Positions 39,697 through 48,296 of a stretch of DNA of 64,000 bases are shown piece by piece. The position numbers were made by a program, and so were the translations under genes. This DNA comes from Alphaproteobacteria bacterium (GTDB taxonomy: Bacteria > Pseudomonadota > Alphaproteobacteria > UBA828). The stretch spans positions 1 to 64,000 of the forward strand of contig CAXXVO010000009.1 of assembly GCA_963422645.2 (NCBI GenBank), in the 5' to 3' direction. Under the pieces are notes generated by a model. That model was not told the DNA's origin, made no database searches, and saw nothing but the letters and a program-made list of their open reading frames with translations. Within the stretch, counting starts at the first letter, position 1, and each line of letters begins with the position of its first letter.

Positions 39697-39872
39697 GGCT
39701 ACAACCATTATCGGACCTTCTTCCGGAATGAAGAGAGATGAAGAGGGATGATGCGGGATAAAGCAGGAATCCTGGGGCTATCGAACAGCCTCGCTGAGCG
39801 AAGCGGCCGCGAGTCCACTTGGCAGGGCGCGACCAGCACCCGAAATCTGTGACGCGGGCGCGTCGCCCGACC

Positions 39873-41174
39873 CTAACCGTTACCCGGATCGGTCGGCTTG
39901 TAGGTCAGCGCCACGCTCTTCGGCCGCCCCGGCATGCTGAGTTCCGTCACGGCCGCCGGGGTACGCGCGACGACCTCGCCGCGGCGGATCACCGCGAGCC
40001 GCGTCGCCCGCAGCCGAATCGCTTCGAGCGGGTCTGCGGCCTGCAGCACGACCATGTCGGCGTGGCAGCCGGGCTCCAGCCCGTAGCCGTCGAGGTGCAT
40101 GATCCTGGCGGGGTTCACGGTGATCGCGTCGAAGCAGGCCCGCACCTCGTCTTCCCCGAACATCGCCGTCACGTGCGAGCCCATGTGCGCGACCTCCAGC
40201 ATGTCGGCACTGCCATAGGCGTACCACGGGTCCATCACGCAATCCTGACCGAAGGCCAGTGTGATGCCGGCCTGGTTCAGCTCCGGCACACGCGTGATAC
40301 CGCGCCATTTCGGATAGCTGCCGTCGTTGTCTCCCCACACCGCGATATTGGTGAGCGGATTGGGGATCACGTCGATCTCCGACTCAGCGATAAGCGGGAT
40401 CAGCTTGCTGACAAAGTAGTTGTCCATGACGTGCATGGAGGTCAGATGCGAAGCTGCCACCCGCCCCTGCAGGCCGAGGCGGAGGGTCTCCCTGGAGAGC
40501 ATCTCGATATGGCGCGACATCGGGTCGTCGGTCTCGTCGCAATGCATGTCGACGAGCAGCCCGCGCTCCGCCGCAATCTCCAGCAGCTCGGTCACCGACG
40601 CGGTAACGTCGGCCATGGTGCGCTCGAAGTGCGGAATGCCGCCCACGACCTCGACGCCCATGTCGAGCGCACGCTGGAACAGTTTCTGCGCGTTGGGATA
40701 GCGGTAGTAGCCCTGCTGCGGGAAGGCGATGAGCTGCAGATCGATGTACTGCGCGACCCGGCGCTTGACCTCGAGCAGCGCCTCGACGCCGACCAACCTC
40801 TCATCGCAGACGTCGACATGGCTGCGAATGGCCTGGATTCCCTGGGCGATCGCCATGTCGCAATAGGTCATCGCCCGCTCGACGATCGCCTCCGGAGTCA
40901 GAAGCGGCTTCAACTCACCCCACAGCTGAATGCCTTCGAAGAGGGTGCCGGACCGGTTGGTGCGCGGCAGGCCGCGCGTCAGCGTCGCATCCATATGGAA
41001 GTGGGCATCGACAAAGGGTGGCGTGACCAGCCGGTCCGTGGCATCGATCTCCTGCCCGGCTTCGGCCTGCAGTGCCAGCTCCACAGCGACGATGAGCCCA
41101 TCCCGCACGCCGATATCCACGCCGACGCGTCCATCGGGCAGATTGGCGCCGCGCACGATCAAGTCCATCGTCAT
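39873..41174 (-). CDS. Cytosine/creatinine deaminase-like amidohydrolase
   Basis: FVDAHFHMD, IRSHVD, GGIPHFE, DMHCDE, ASHLTS, FGQDCVMDPWY. Confidence 0.9.
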   Translation of the reverse strand: MTMDLIVRGANLPDGRVGVDIGVRDGLIVAVELALQAEAGQEIDATDRLVTPPFVDAHFHMDATLTRGLPRTNRSGTLFEGIQLWGELKPLLTPEAIVERAMTYCDMAIAQGIQAIRSHVDVCDERLVGVEALLEVKRRVAQYIDLQLIAFPQQGYYRYPNAQKLFQRALDMGVEVVGGIPHFERTMADVTASVTELLEIAAERGLLVDMHCDETDDPMSRHIEMLSRETLRLGLQGRVAASHLTSMHVMDNYFVSKLIPLIAESEIDVIPNPLTNIAVWGDNDGSYPKWRGITRVPELNQAGITLAFGQDCVMDPWYAYGSADMLEVAHMGSHVTAMFGEDEVRACFDAITVNPARIMHLDGYGLEPGCHADMVVLQAADPLEAIRLRATRLAVIRRGEVVARTPAAVTELSMPGRPKSVALTYKPTDPGNG

Positions 41175-41175
41175 G

Positions 41176-42660
41176 TCATCTCTCCCCTTTCTGATCCGCC
41201 CACGGATCTTCCACCCGCGGCCAGTAGGGCTTTGCCAGCTTGGTGTAGGGAATCGCCGCGAAGTCGGGCGCGATGGCGCCGGGCGCCGCAACGTAGAGTA
41301 TATTCTTCGCGATCGGGGCGAAGCCGGCGTGAAAGTGCTGAGTGGATTTCACCACCACGATCTTCTTGCCCGCCGGATCGAGTCCCACGGCGTCGAAAGC
41401 GTCGGGATGGAAGACCTGCGTGCGCACCGTGTTGAGCACGAGGTCGAGGCCCCCTTCCGCGCGCACCCACACTGCATCGCCGATCCTGTTGCGGGCCGCG
41501 CCGAAAGTCTGCGCGGCGCCGGTGACGATTCGTTCGACCGTCACCGCAAGGTCCACCGGATCGCCCGAGTCCGGGCCGCACTTGCCGCCGATGCGGAGCC
41601 GTAGCGAGGCCCCCTCCCCAGCTTCCATGCAGAAGCGCACCGCCACCGGGTCCCAGTAGAGCCCGCTCGCCGCGTCGCCGACGCCGCGCGCGATCAGGCG
41701 CTCCAGGATGAAGGTTGAATCGCTGGGCGCACCGCCGCCGGCGTTATCCGAGACATCCGCCAGCACCACCGGCCCGCCGTCGACCGCCAACGCCCGGTCG
41801 ATGGCGTCGTCGATGCCGACAGCCGTGGGCCGCGTCTCCTCGCGCATCGCCCAGAGCCGGGCGCCGAGATCGGCAGCCAGCGCCGCCGCCTTACCCTCAT
41901 CGCCGTCGGCCACCACCAGGGTCTTGGCGCCTACCTCCACAACATCGCCCCAAGGAAAGCCGTGTCCGAATGATGCGGCAAGGATTCCGTCGCTCCCCTC
42001 GCGCGCCTTCATGTCGTTGACGAAGGTCCGCATCGGCTCATCCGTGGTGCGCCACATGCTGATCATGCGGCAGTCGTGGGCGGCCATCACCGGCCGAGAG
42101 CGCCCGTGGGCCGCGTCGTGGCAGAGCCGGAACAGGTCATCCGCCCGCTCGCCGATGTCGATGTGGGGATACTCCTTGTAGGTGATGAGCGCCGTCGCCG
42201 CCTCCAGCATCAGCGGCGTGATGTGGCAATGCAGGTCGAGCTCGCCGCCGATCACCGCGTCCGAGCCGACGACCGCGCGCAGCCTGGCCAGCAGGTCGCC
42301 CTCGCAGTCGTCGTAGTCCTCCGCCACCATCGCGCCGTGCATGTTGACCAGCACGAGGTCGAGCGGGAGCGCGGCCTCGGCCTGCTCAAGGATGCGATCA
42401 CGATAGCCCTCGTAGACGCGGCGGATCGTCCGCCCCGCCGGCTGGGCGAAGGCACAGAGCCCTTCGATGACCTCGTGCCCCTCCGCCTCGGCGCGCTCAC
42501 GCCAGATGTGCAGGGGCAGGCTGAAGGGATTTGGCGCATGGCGCGTCGCATCGCCGTCGAAGACGGCCGTGTCCCGATACGTCTGCTCGCCCGTCGGCAG
42601 CGACGAGAAGGTGTTGGTCTCGGTCCCGAGACACGCAATGAAGACCCGCATAATCGCCAT
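41176..42660 (-). CDS. M81 family metallopeptidase (MlrC-like)
   Basis: TETNTFS, MHGAM, DCEGD, DLHCH, YPHID, DNAGGG, VVKSTQHF. Confidence 0.9.
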   Translation of the reverse strand: MAIMRVFIACLGTETNTFSSLPTGEQTYRDTAVFDGDATRHAPNPFSLPLHIWRERAEAEGHEVIEGLCAFAQPAGRTIRRVYEGYRDRILEQAEAALPLDLVLVNMHGAMVAEDYDDCEGDLLARLRAVVGSDAVIGGELDLHCHITPLMLEAATALITYKEYPHIDIGERADDLFRLCHDAAHGRSRPVMAAHDCRMISMWRTTDEPMRTFVNDMKAREGSDGILAASFGHGFPWGDVVEVGAKTLVVADGDEGKAAALAADLGARLWAMREETRPTAVGIDDAIDRALAVDGGPVVLADVSDNAGGGAPSDSTFILERLIARGVGDAASGLYWDPVAVRFCMEAGEGASLRLRIGGKCGPDSGDPVDLAVTVERIVTGAAQTFGAARNRIGDAVWVRAEGGLDLVLNTVRTQVFHPDAFDAVGLDPAGKKIVVVKSTQHFHAGFAPIAKNILYVAAPGAIAPDFAAIPYTKLAKPYWPRVEDPWADQKGER

Positions 42661-42912
42661 CCCTCCACGATCGTCTGCGCGGCGAGGCCCTTGCCCTTCG
42701 ACGCCGGAACCCGCCCCGCGCGGGGAGGCTAACCCGCGCGGCTCGAACCCTCCAGGCGCGAGGCGCGGCCGCCACGGTCTCGCTCATGATCGGCGAGCGG
42801 CCAAGTCCAATGCCGGTTTGCAGTACCATTGCTCATTCGACTAGCCTTCGCCTTCCGCTCGCGTATCCGGCTTCGAGAACTCGGGGCTGAGGCCTGACCG
42901 AGTCCGCAGGCC

Positions 42913-44724
42913 TTACGAAGGGGTTGGCAAGCGCCATATGGAACTTCTCGCGGGCGTCGTAGGCGGGCTTGGCCTGTTCATCGTCGGGATGTGGCTCCTG
43001 ACGGAGAACCTCAAGAAGCTCGCGAGCCGGCGGCTGCGCCAGATTGCGCATGGCTGGACCGGAAACCCGTTTGGACGCCCTGAACGCAAAAGGCAACCTT
43101 CGCCTTCGGTGCTGTGGTTGCCGGGTTTCGACGGGTCTGGACCGCCGCCTGGCGATCCCGAGATTGGGATTGAATGGCGAATGGTGATTTTGTCCTCGGT
43201 GACCAACACCTCCTTCACGATGAGCCGGACGATGCGCTGCCGTTCGGCGATGTCCAGGGTTTCGGCGGACGAGTGCAGCCGCGCCAGAAAGCCGGTCAGC
43301 GTCTCGGCGAGCCGGAGATAGGTCTCGCGATCCTTCGCCCGATCGACGGTGGATTGCAGTTCGCGATTCAGAGCCTGATCCTGACGACGGAGCTCGGACG
43401 TTCTGTCGCGCAGTTCATCGATTGTAATCAACTCCTCCTGATAGGCGTTGACCAGGCGGTCGATGCTTTTTCGGACCCGGATCAGACGGTGCCGCAGGTC
43501 GTTCTCGCGCTGCTGGTTTGGATCGGAAGCGCGGGCCGCCTGTAGTCGCCGGTCGATCTCGGCGCCGATCAGTGCTGGATCCTCGAGCAGGCGGACCACT
43601 TCGCCCCAGACGACGTCATCGAGCAAGTCCTGGCGCACCGGCCGACTGTCGCACACCGGTCCGTTGAGATGGCGCCAAGAGTCAGAACCCAGGCAGCGAT
43701 AATAGGAGATCTTGCGGGCACTCGTCTGGGCCGATGTGCGAGACAGCGCGTAGCCGCATTTGCCGCACGAGACCAGTCCCTGGAGCACGCTGGGCGTCTT
43801 CGTGCGACGCGGCGCGTGGATCTTGTTCATCTCCAGCCGCTCTTCGGCCAGGGCGAAGGTCTCTTCGCTGACGATCGCCGGCACCGGGATCTCGATCCAC
43901 TCCTCACGCGGTTTTTCGTGACCGCCGGTCGTGCCGCTGGCCACGCCGCGGCGCAGGCGCAGAGGACGTGTCACACATTTACGCGGCATCTGGCGGGTCT
44001 TGCCGAAACAGGCTTTCCCCTTGTACGCCGGATTGCGGAGCATCGCCCACACCGTCGAGCGTTCCCAGCGCGAGCGCCCGGTGGAGGTGGGTACCGCGCG
44101 CTCATTGAGCCTGCAGGTGATCGCGCCGATGCTCATGTGATCGCAGGTGTAGCAGCGGTAAACCTCGCGAACCACCGACGCCTGCGGCTCGACGATTTCG
44201 TAGAACGCATCGCTGTCCGGGGTTTTCTTGTGGTAGCGGTAGCCATAGGGCGCGCCGCCGAGGACGGCGATTTCGCCGCGTCGCGCCCGATGTCGCTTGC
44301 CGCGCCGGGAACGCTCCAGGATTTGCGCGCGCTCGTATTCCGCAATCATGCCCTGGAACTGGACGAGCAGATGATCTTCCGGGGTTTCCATCGACGGCGC
44401 TCTCAAGAACACGGTCTCGACGCCCTGACGGGCCAGCTCCTCGATGATCAGAACCTGGTAGGCATAGCGCCGGCTCATACGGTCCGGGGCATGGACCAGC
44501 ACCGTGTCGATGCGCCCTTCCGCGGCGAGATCCCTGACCCGCTCGAGCCCCGGGCGTTCGAGAACGGCGCCGGTATAGCCGTCATCTTCAATGATCATGT
44601 CGGGCGCGACGCTGTAACCGTGGTCCTCGGCGTAGGCGATCAGGGCCTCGGTCTGGCTCGCTATCGTGTTGTCATCTCTCTGCCGCTCGCCGGAGACCCG
44701 CGCGTAAATGGCTGCGATCTTCAT
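42913..44724 (-). CDS. Large serine recombinase (resolvase + recombinase + Zn-ribbon/coiled coil); reads through the element end
   Basis: IYARVS catalytic Ser, DDGYTGAVLERPGL, DRMSR, AEYER, PYGY, CGKCG...YYRC...C. AGGAG RBS. Confidence 0.93.
   Translation of the reverse strand: MKIAAIYARVSGERQRDDNTIASQTEALIAYAEDHGYSVAPDMIIEDDGYTGAVLERPGLERVRDLAAEGRIDTVLVHAPDRMSRRYAYQVLIIEELARQGVETVFLRAPSMETPEDHLLVQFQGMIAEYERAQILERSRRGKRHRARRGEIAVLGGAPYGYRYHKKTPDSDAFYEIVEPQASVVREVYRCYTCDHMSIGAITCRLNERAVPTSTGRSRWERSTVWAMLRNPAYKGKACFGKTRQMPRKCVTRPLRLRRGVASGTTGGHEKPREEWIEIPVPAIVSEETFALAEERLEMNKIHAPRRTKTPSVLQGLVSCGKCGYALSRTSAQTSARKISYYRCLGSDSWRHLNGPVCDSRPVRQDLLDDVVWGEVVRLLEDPALIGAEIDRRLQAARASDPNQQRENDLRHRLIRVRKSIDRLVNAYQEELITIDELRDRTSELRRQDQALNRELQSTVDRAKDRETYLRLAETLTGFLARLHSSAETLDIAERQRIVRLIVKEVLVTEDKITIRHSIPISGSPGGGPDPSKPGNHSTEGEGCLLRSGRPNGFPVQPCAIWRSRRLASFLRFSVRSHIPTMNRPSPPTTPARSSIWRLPTPS
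42938..43073 (+). pseudogene. 5' fragment of a Na/Pi-cotransporter family gene cut by the recombinase element
   Basis: MELLAGVVGGLGLFIVGMWLLTENLKKLASRRLR...TGNPF resembles the family's N-terminus. The similarity stops at the element's inverted repeat. Confidence 0.7.
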
Positions 44725-44922
44725 GGTCGTCTCCTATGTCCTGCGCTCGGACCGGGATTTGCCGTGAAACAGATTCTGGCGAGGGACGCGCGGTGACGCT
44801 CCAACCCCGAGGTCACGGCGTTGGCTGAGACCGCCAGGGTCGGCGCGGCGGAGACGAGCGGTGGACTTCCCCGATGTGGTCCGAAGCGGTCCCGCGTAGC
44901 CGGCTGACGAGATGCGGGCCGC

Positions 44923-46173
44923 TCAGGCGGCCTTGAGTTCCGCGCCTACGGGCTCGATGTAGCCGTAGCGGCGGAGCATGCGGATCCACCGAGGAGCGTT
45001 GCGCTTGACCATCAGAGCGTCGTAGTCGGCCGTGCGGTCGTAGTAGGGCCTGCCGGTCTTGAGCACCACATAGATGATGCGCAGCATCTTGTGAGCGCCG
45101 GCGACGATGGCGCGCTTGTAGCCGCGCCGGGCGGCGAGGGCGCGGTGATGAGCCTCGAACTGGCACCCCTTGGTTCGGGCCGCGCCGTGGGCACACTCGA
45201 CGAGGCAGGCGCGCAGGGTCTTGGAGCCCATGCGGGTGCGTGCGTTGCGGCGCTTGCCCCCGCTCTCGTTGTTGCCGGGGCAGAGCCCGGCCCAGGCGGC
45301 GAAGTGCTCCTTGGAGGCGAACACGCCGATGTCGGGGCCGATCTCGATGAGGATGGTCGAGGCGGCGGTGCGGTCGATGCCGGGGATGGTGGTCAGCAGA
45401 CGGAGCTGCTCCTCCCACGGTGTCATCTGCCCGTCGATCTTCCTGGTGTAGGACGCGATGCGCGCCTCAAGCGCGTCATGCTCCTCCAGCAGGTCGTTGA
45501 GCATGAAGCGGTCGTTGTCGCCCAGGCTCAGGGTGAGCGCCTCGCCGAGCCCCTCCAGCTTGTTCGCAACGTGGCTGGTGAGCGAGGCGAGGATGACCTC
45601 GCGCGCCGTCCCCTGCGCCAGGCCGTCGAGGATCTTCCGGCCGTTGACGCCGAAGACGTCGGAGAGGATGCCGCCGATGCGCGCACCGGCGCGGTCGATG
45701 ATCTTCTGCACGCGGTTGCGCACGGCGGAGCGCTGCCTGACCAGGACGCGGCGCTGGCGGCTCAGTGCGCGCAGCTCCCGGAACGGCTCAGGCGGAACGT
45801 GGGAAGGCGTGCAGAGCCCGAACTGGCACACGCAGGCCAGCCACACGCTGTCCGCCACGTCGGTCTTGCGCCCCTTCAACTGCTTCACCTGACGCGCATG
45901 CACCAGGATCGCCTCGAGCCCGGCCGCCTCCAGGGCCGCGAAGGGCGCCTGCCAGTAGACCCCGGTCCCTTCCATCACCGCAGCCTCGACGCCGTGACCG
46001 GTCAGCCACGCGACCATCTCCTCCAGACCGCTCGGCAGCGTGCCGAAGCAGCGCGTCTCCACCACCGGCTCACCCTCGCCCTCACAGAGGCGAACCGTCG
46101 CGGTGATCTCCATCTTGTGCACGTCCAGACCCGCCGCGCGCGGCCGGACGACGTGCAAGCCTTCCGTCTTCAT
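44923..46173 (-). CDS. IS110-family DEDD recombinase, copy 1
   Basis: GLDVHK, VMEGTG, KTDVADS (DEDD), TIPGI, WAGLCPGNNESGGK (catalytic Ser loop). GAGGAGG RBS before ATG 46173. Confidence 0.95.
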   Translation of the reverse strand: MKTEGLHVVRPRAAGLDVHKMEITATVRLCEGEGEPVVETRCFGTLPSGLEEMVAWLTGHGVEAAVMEGTGVYWQAPFAALEAAGLEAILVHARQVKQLKGRKTDVADSVWLACVCQFGLCTPSHVPPEPFRELRALSRQRRVLVRQRSAVRNRVQKIIDRAGARIGGILSDVFGVNGRKILDGLAQGTAREVILASLTSHVANKLEGLGEALTLSLGDNDRFMLNDLLEEHDALEARIASYTRKIDGQMTPWEEQLRLLTTIPGIDRTAASTILIEIGPDIGVFASKEHFAAWAGLCPGNNESGGKRRNARTRMGSKTLRACLVECAHGAARTKGCQFEAHHRALAARRGYKRAIVAGAHKMLRIIYVVLKTGRPYYDRTADYDALMVKRNAPRWIRMLRRYGYIEPVGAELKAA

Positions 46174-46239
46174 CGCCTTCCTCCTCATTTGCGCTCTCGC
46201 CACGGCGGCGTACGATCACGCCGTGGCATCGCCACGGTG

Positions 46240-46415
46240 GAGGCGGGGACAGCGGTCGGAAGAACACGCATCCGACGAGCGGGTGCGGTGCAATTTGCCG
46301 CGCGTCCACGGCCACGGGCCGGGTACAATACGGGGTGCGGAGCCGGCCGCCGGAAGCAGTTTTGTCATCGGGAACTACGTCACCGATATAACGACGCTCA
46401 CACGTCCCCACCTCC
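46240..46415 (-). ncRNA. Putative bridge RNA (also in copies 2 and 3, at +1768 and +3537)
   Basis: Multi-hairpin non-coding region upstream of the IS110 gene with guide-like matches to the target (TGACAAAA, GTATT) and the donor junction (CGCGGCAAA, GTGTT). Boundaries are approximate. Confidence 0.6.
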
Positions 46416-46527
46416 GCCAATACCCATCCTGACACGGCAAATGGGTGCAAGCGCAAGGAAAACGTCAGCCGAACCGCTCCTGTTTCATGCCACGGGGTGG
46501 CTCAGAACCGCGGGGACCATGACTGTT

Positions 46528-48293
46528 TGCCGTGAAACAGATTCTGGCGAGGGACGCGCGGTGACGCTCCAACCCCGAGGTCACGGCGTTGGCTGAGACC
46601 GCCAGGGTCGGCGCGGCGGAGACGAGCGGTGGACTTCCCCGATGTGGTCCGAAGCGGTCCCGCGTAGCCGGCTGACGAGATGCGGGCCGCTCAGGCGGCC
46701 TTGAGTTCCGCGCCTACGGGCTCGATGTAGCCGTAGCGGCGGAGCATGCGGATCCACCGAGGAGCGTTGCGCTTGACCATCAGAGCGTCGTAGTCGGCCG
46801 TGCGGTCGTAGTAGGGCCTGCCGGTCTTGAGCACCACATAGATGATGCGCAGCATCTTGTGAGCGCCGGCGACGATGGCGCGCTTGTAGCCGCGCCGGGC
46901 GGCGAGGGCGCGGTGATGAGCCTCGAACTGGCACCCCTTGGTTCGGGCCGCGCCGTGGGCACACTCGACGAGGCAGGCGCGCAGGGTCTTGGAGCCCATG
47001 CGGGTGCGTGCGTTGCGGCGCTTGCCCCCGCTCTCGTTGTTGCCGGGGCAGAGCCCGGCCCAGGCGGCGAAGTGCTCCTTGGAGGCGAACACGCCGATGT
47101 CGGGGCCGATCTCGATGAGGATGGTCGAGGCGGCGGTGCGGTCGATGCCGGGGATGGTGGTCAGCAGACGGAGCTGCTCCTCCCACGGTGTCATCTGCCC
47201 GTCGATCTTCCTGGTGTAGGACGCGATGCGCGCCTCAAGCGCGTCATGCTCCTCCAGCAGGTCGTTGAGCATGAAGCGGTCGTTGTCGCCCAGGCTCAGG
47301 GTGAGCGCCTCGCCGAGCCCCTCCAGCTTGTTCGCAACGTGGCTGGTGAGCGAGGCGAGGATGACCTCGCGCGCCGTCCCCTGCGCCAGGCCGTCGAGGA
47401 TCTTCCGGCCGTTGACGCCGAAGACGTCGGAGAGGATGCCGCCGATGCGCGCACCGGCGCGGTCGATGATCTTCTGCACGCGGTTGCGCACGGCGGAGCG
47501 CTGCCTGACCAGGACGCGGCGCTGGCGGCTCAGTGCGCGCAGCTCCCGGAACGGCTCAGGCGGAACGTGGGAAGGCGTGCAGAGCCCGAACTGGCACACG
47601 CAGGCCAGCCACACGCTGTCCGCCACGTCGGTCTTGCGCCCCTTCAACTGCTTCACCTGACGCGCATGCACCAGGATCGCCTCGAGCCCGGCCGCCTCCA
47701 GGGCCGCGAAGGGCGCCTGCCAGTAGACCCCGGTCCCTTCCATCACCGCAGCCTCGACGCCGTGACCGGTCAGCCACGCGACCATCTCCTCCAGACCGCT
47801 CGGCAGCGTGCCGAAGCAGCGCGTCTCCACCACCGGCTCACCCTCGCCCTCACAGAGGCGAACCGTCGCGGTGATCTCCATCTTGTGCACGTCCAGACCC
47901 GCCGCGCGCGGCCGGACGACGTGCAAGCCTTCCGTCTTCATCGCCTTCCTCCTCATTTGCGCTCTCGCCACGGCGGCGTACGATCACGCCGTGGCATCGC
48001 CACGGTGGAGGCGGGGACAGCGGTCGGAAGAACACGCATCCGACGAGCGGGTGCGGTGCAATTTGCCGCGCGTCCACGGCCACGGGCCGGGTACAATACG
48101 GGGTGCGGAGCCGGCCGCCGGAAGCAGTTTTGTCATCGGGAACTACGTCACCGATATAACGACGCTCACACGTCCCCACCTCCGCCAATACCCATCCTGA
48201 CACGGCAAATGGGTGCAAGCGCAAGGAAAACGTCAGCCGAACCGCTCCTGTTTCATGCCACGGGGTGGCTCAGAACCGCGGGGACCATGACTG
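46528..48293 (-). mobile_element. IS110-family element, copy 2 (1766 bp)
   Basis: Direct repeat of copy 1, joined by CTG-TTT-GCC. Confidence 0.92.
46691..47941 (-). CDS. IS110-family DEDD recombinase, copy 2
   Basis: Translation identical to copy 1. Confidence 0.95.
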   Translation of the reverse strand: MKTEGLHVVRPRAAGLDVHKMEITATVRLCEGEGEPVVETRCFGTLPSGLEEMVAWLTGHGVEAAVMEGTGVYWQAPFAALEAAGLEAILVHARQVKQLKGRKTDVADSVWLACVCQFGLCTPSHVPPEPFRELRALSRQRRVLVRQRSAVRNRVQKIIDRAGARIGGILSDVFGVNGRKILDGLAQGTAREVILASLTSHVANKLEGLGEALTLSLGDNDRFMLNDLLEEHDALEARIASYTRKIDGQMTPWEEQLRLLTTIPGIDRTAASTILIEIGPDIGVFASKEHFAAWAGLCPGNNESGGKRRNARTRMGSKTLRACLVECAHGAARTKGCQFEAHHRALAARRGYKRAIVAGAHKMLRIIYVVLKTGRPYYDRTADYDALMVKRNAPRWIRMLRRYGYIEPVGAELKAA

Positions 48294-48296
48294 TTT

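Larger units (their letters stand above)
36829..39703. mobile_element. Non-autonomous Tn7/Tn402-like transposon shell with 5-bp TSD, carrying only an IS21
   Basis: ACCAT(36824-28)|TGTAG...CTACA|ACCAT(39704-08). Four copies of a GAA(A)GTC(T/A)TTGCGAAT motif, two per end, inverted between the ends. Confidence 0.85.
44760..46525 (-). mobile_element. IS110-family element, copy 1 (1766 bp)
   Basis: Bounded by TT cores (44758-59, 46526-27). No long TIR. ~350-nt non-coding end upstream of the recombinase gene and ~160 nt downstream. Confidence 0.92.

Noticed and set aside
41176-42660. Microcystin degradation cluster
   Set aside because: Only an MlrC-family peptidase is present; there are no mlrA, mlrB or mlrD-like neighbours.
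46500-46560. Sigma70 promoter created across the IS110 junction, as in IS621
   Set aside because: I could not find a convincing -35/-10 pair with 16-18 bp spacing across the junction by eye.
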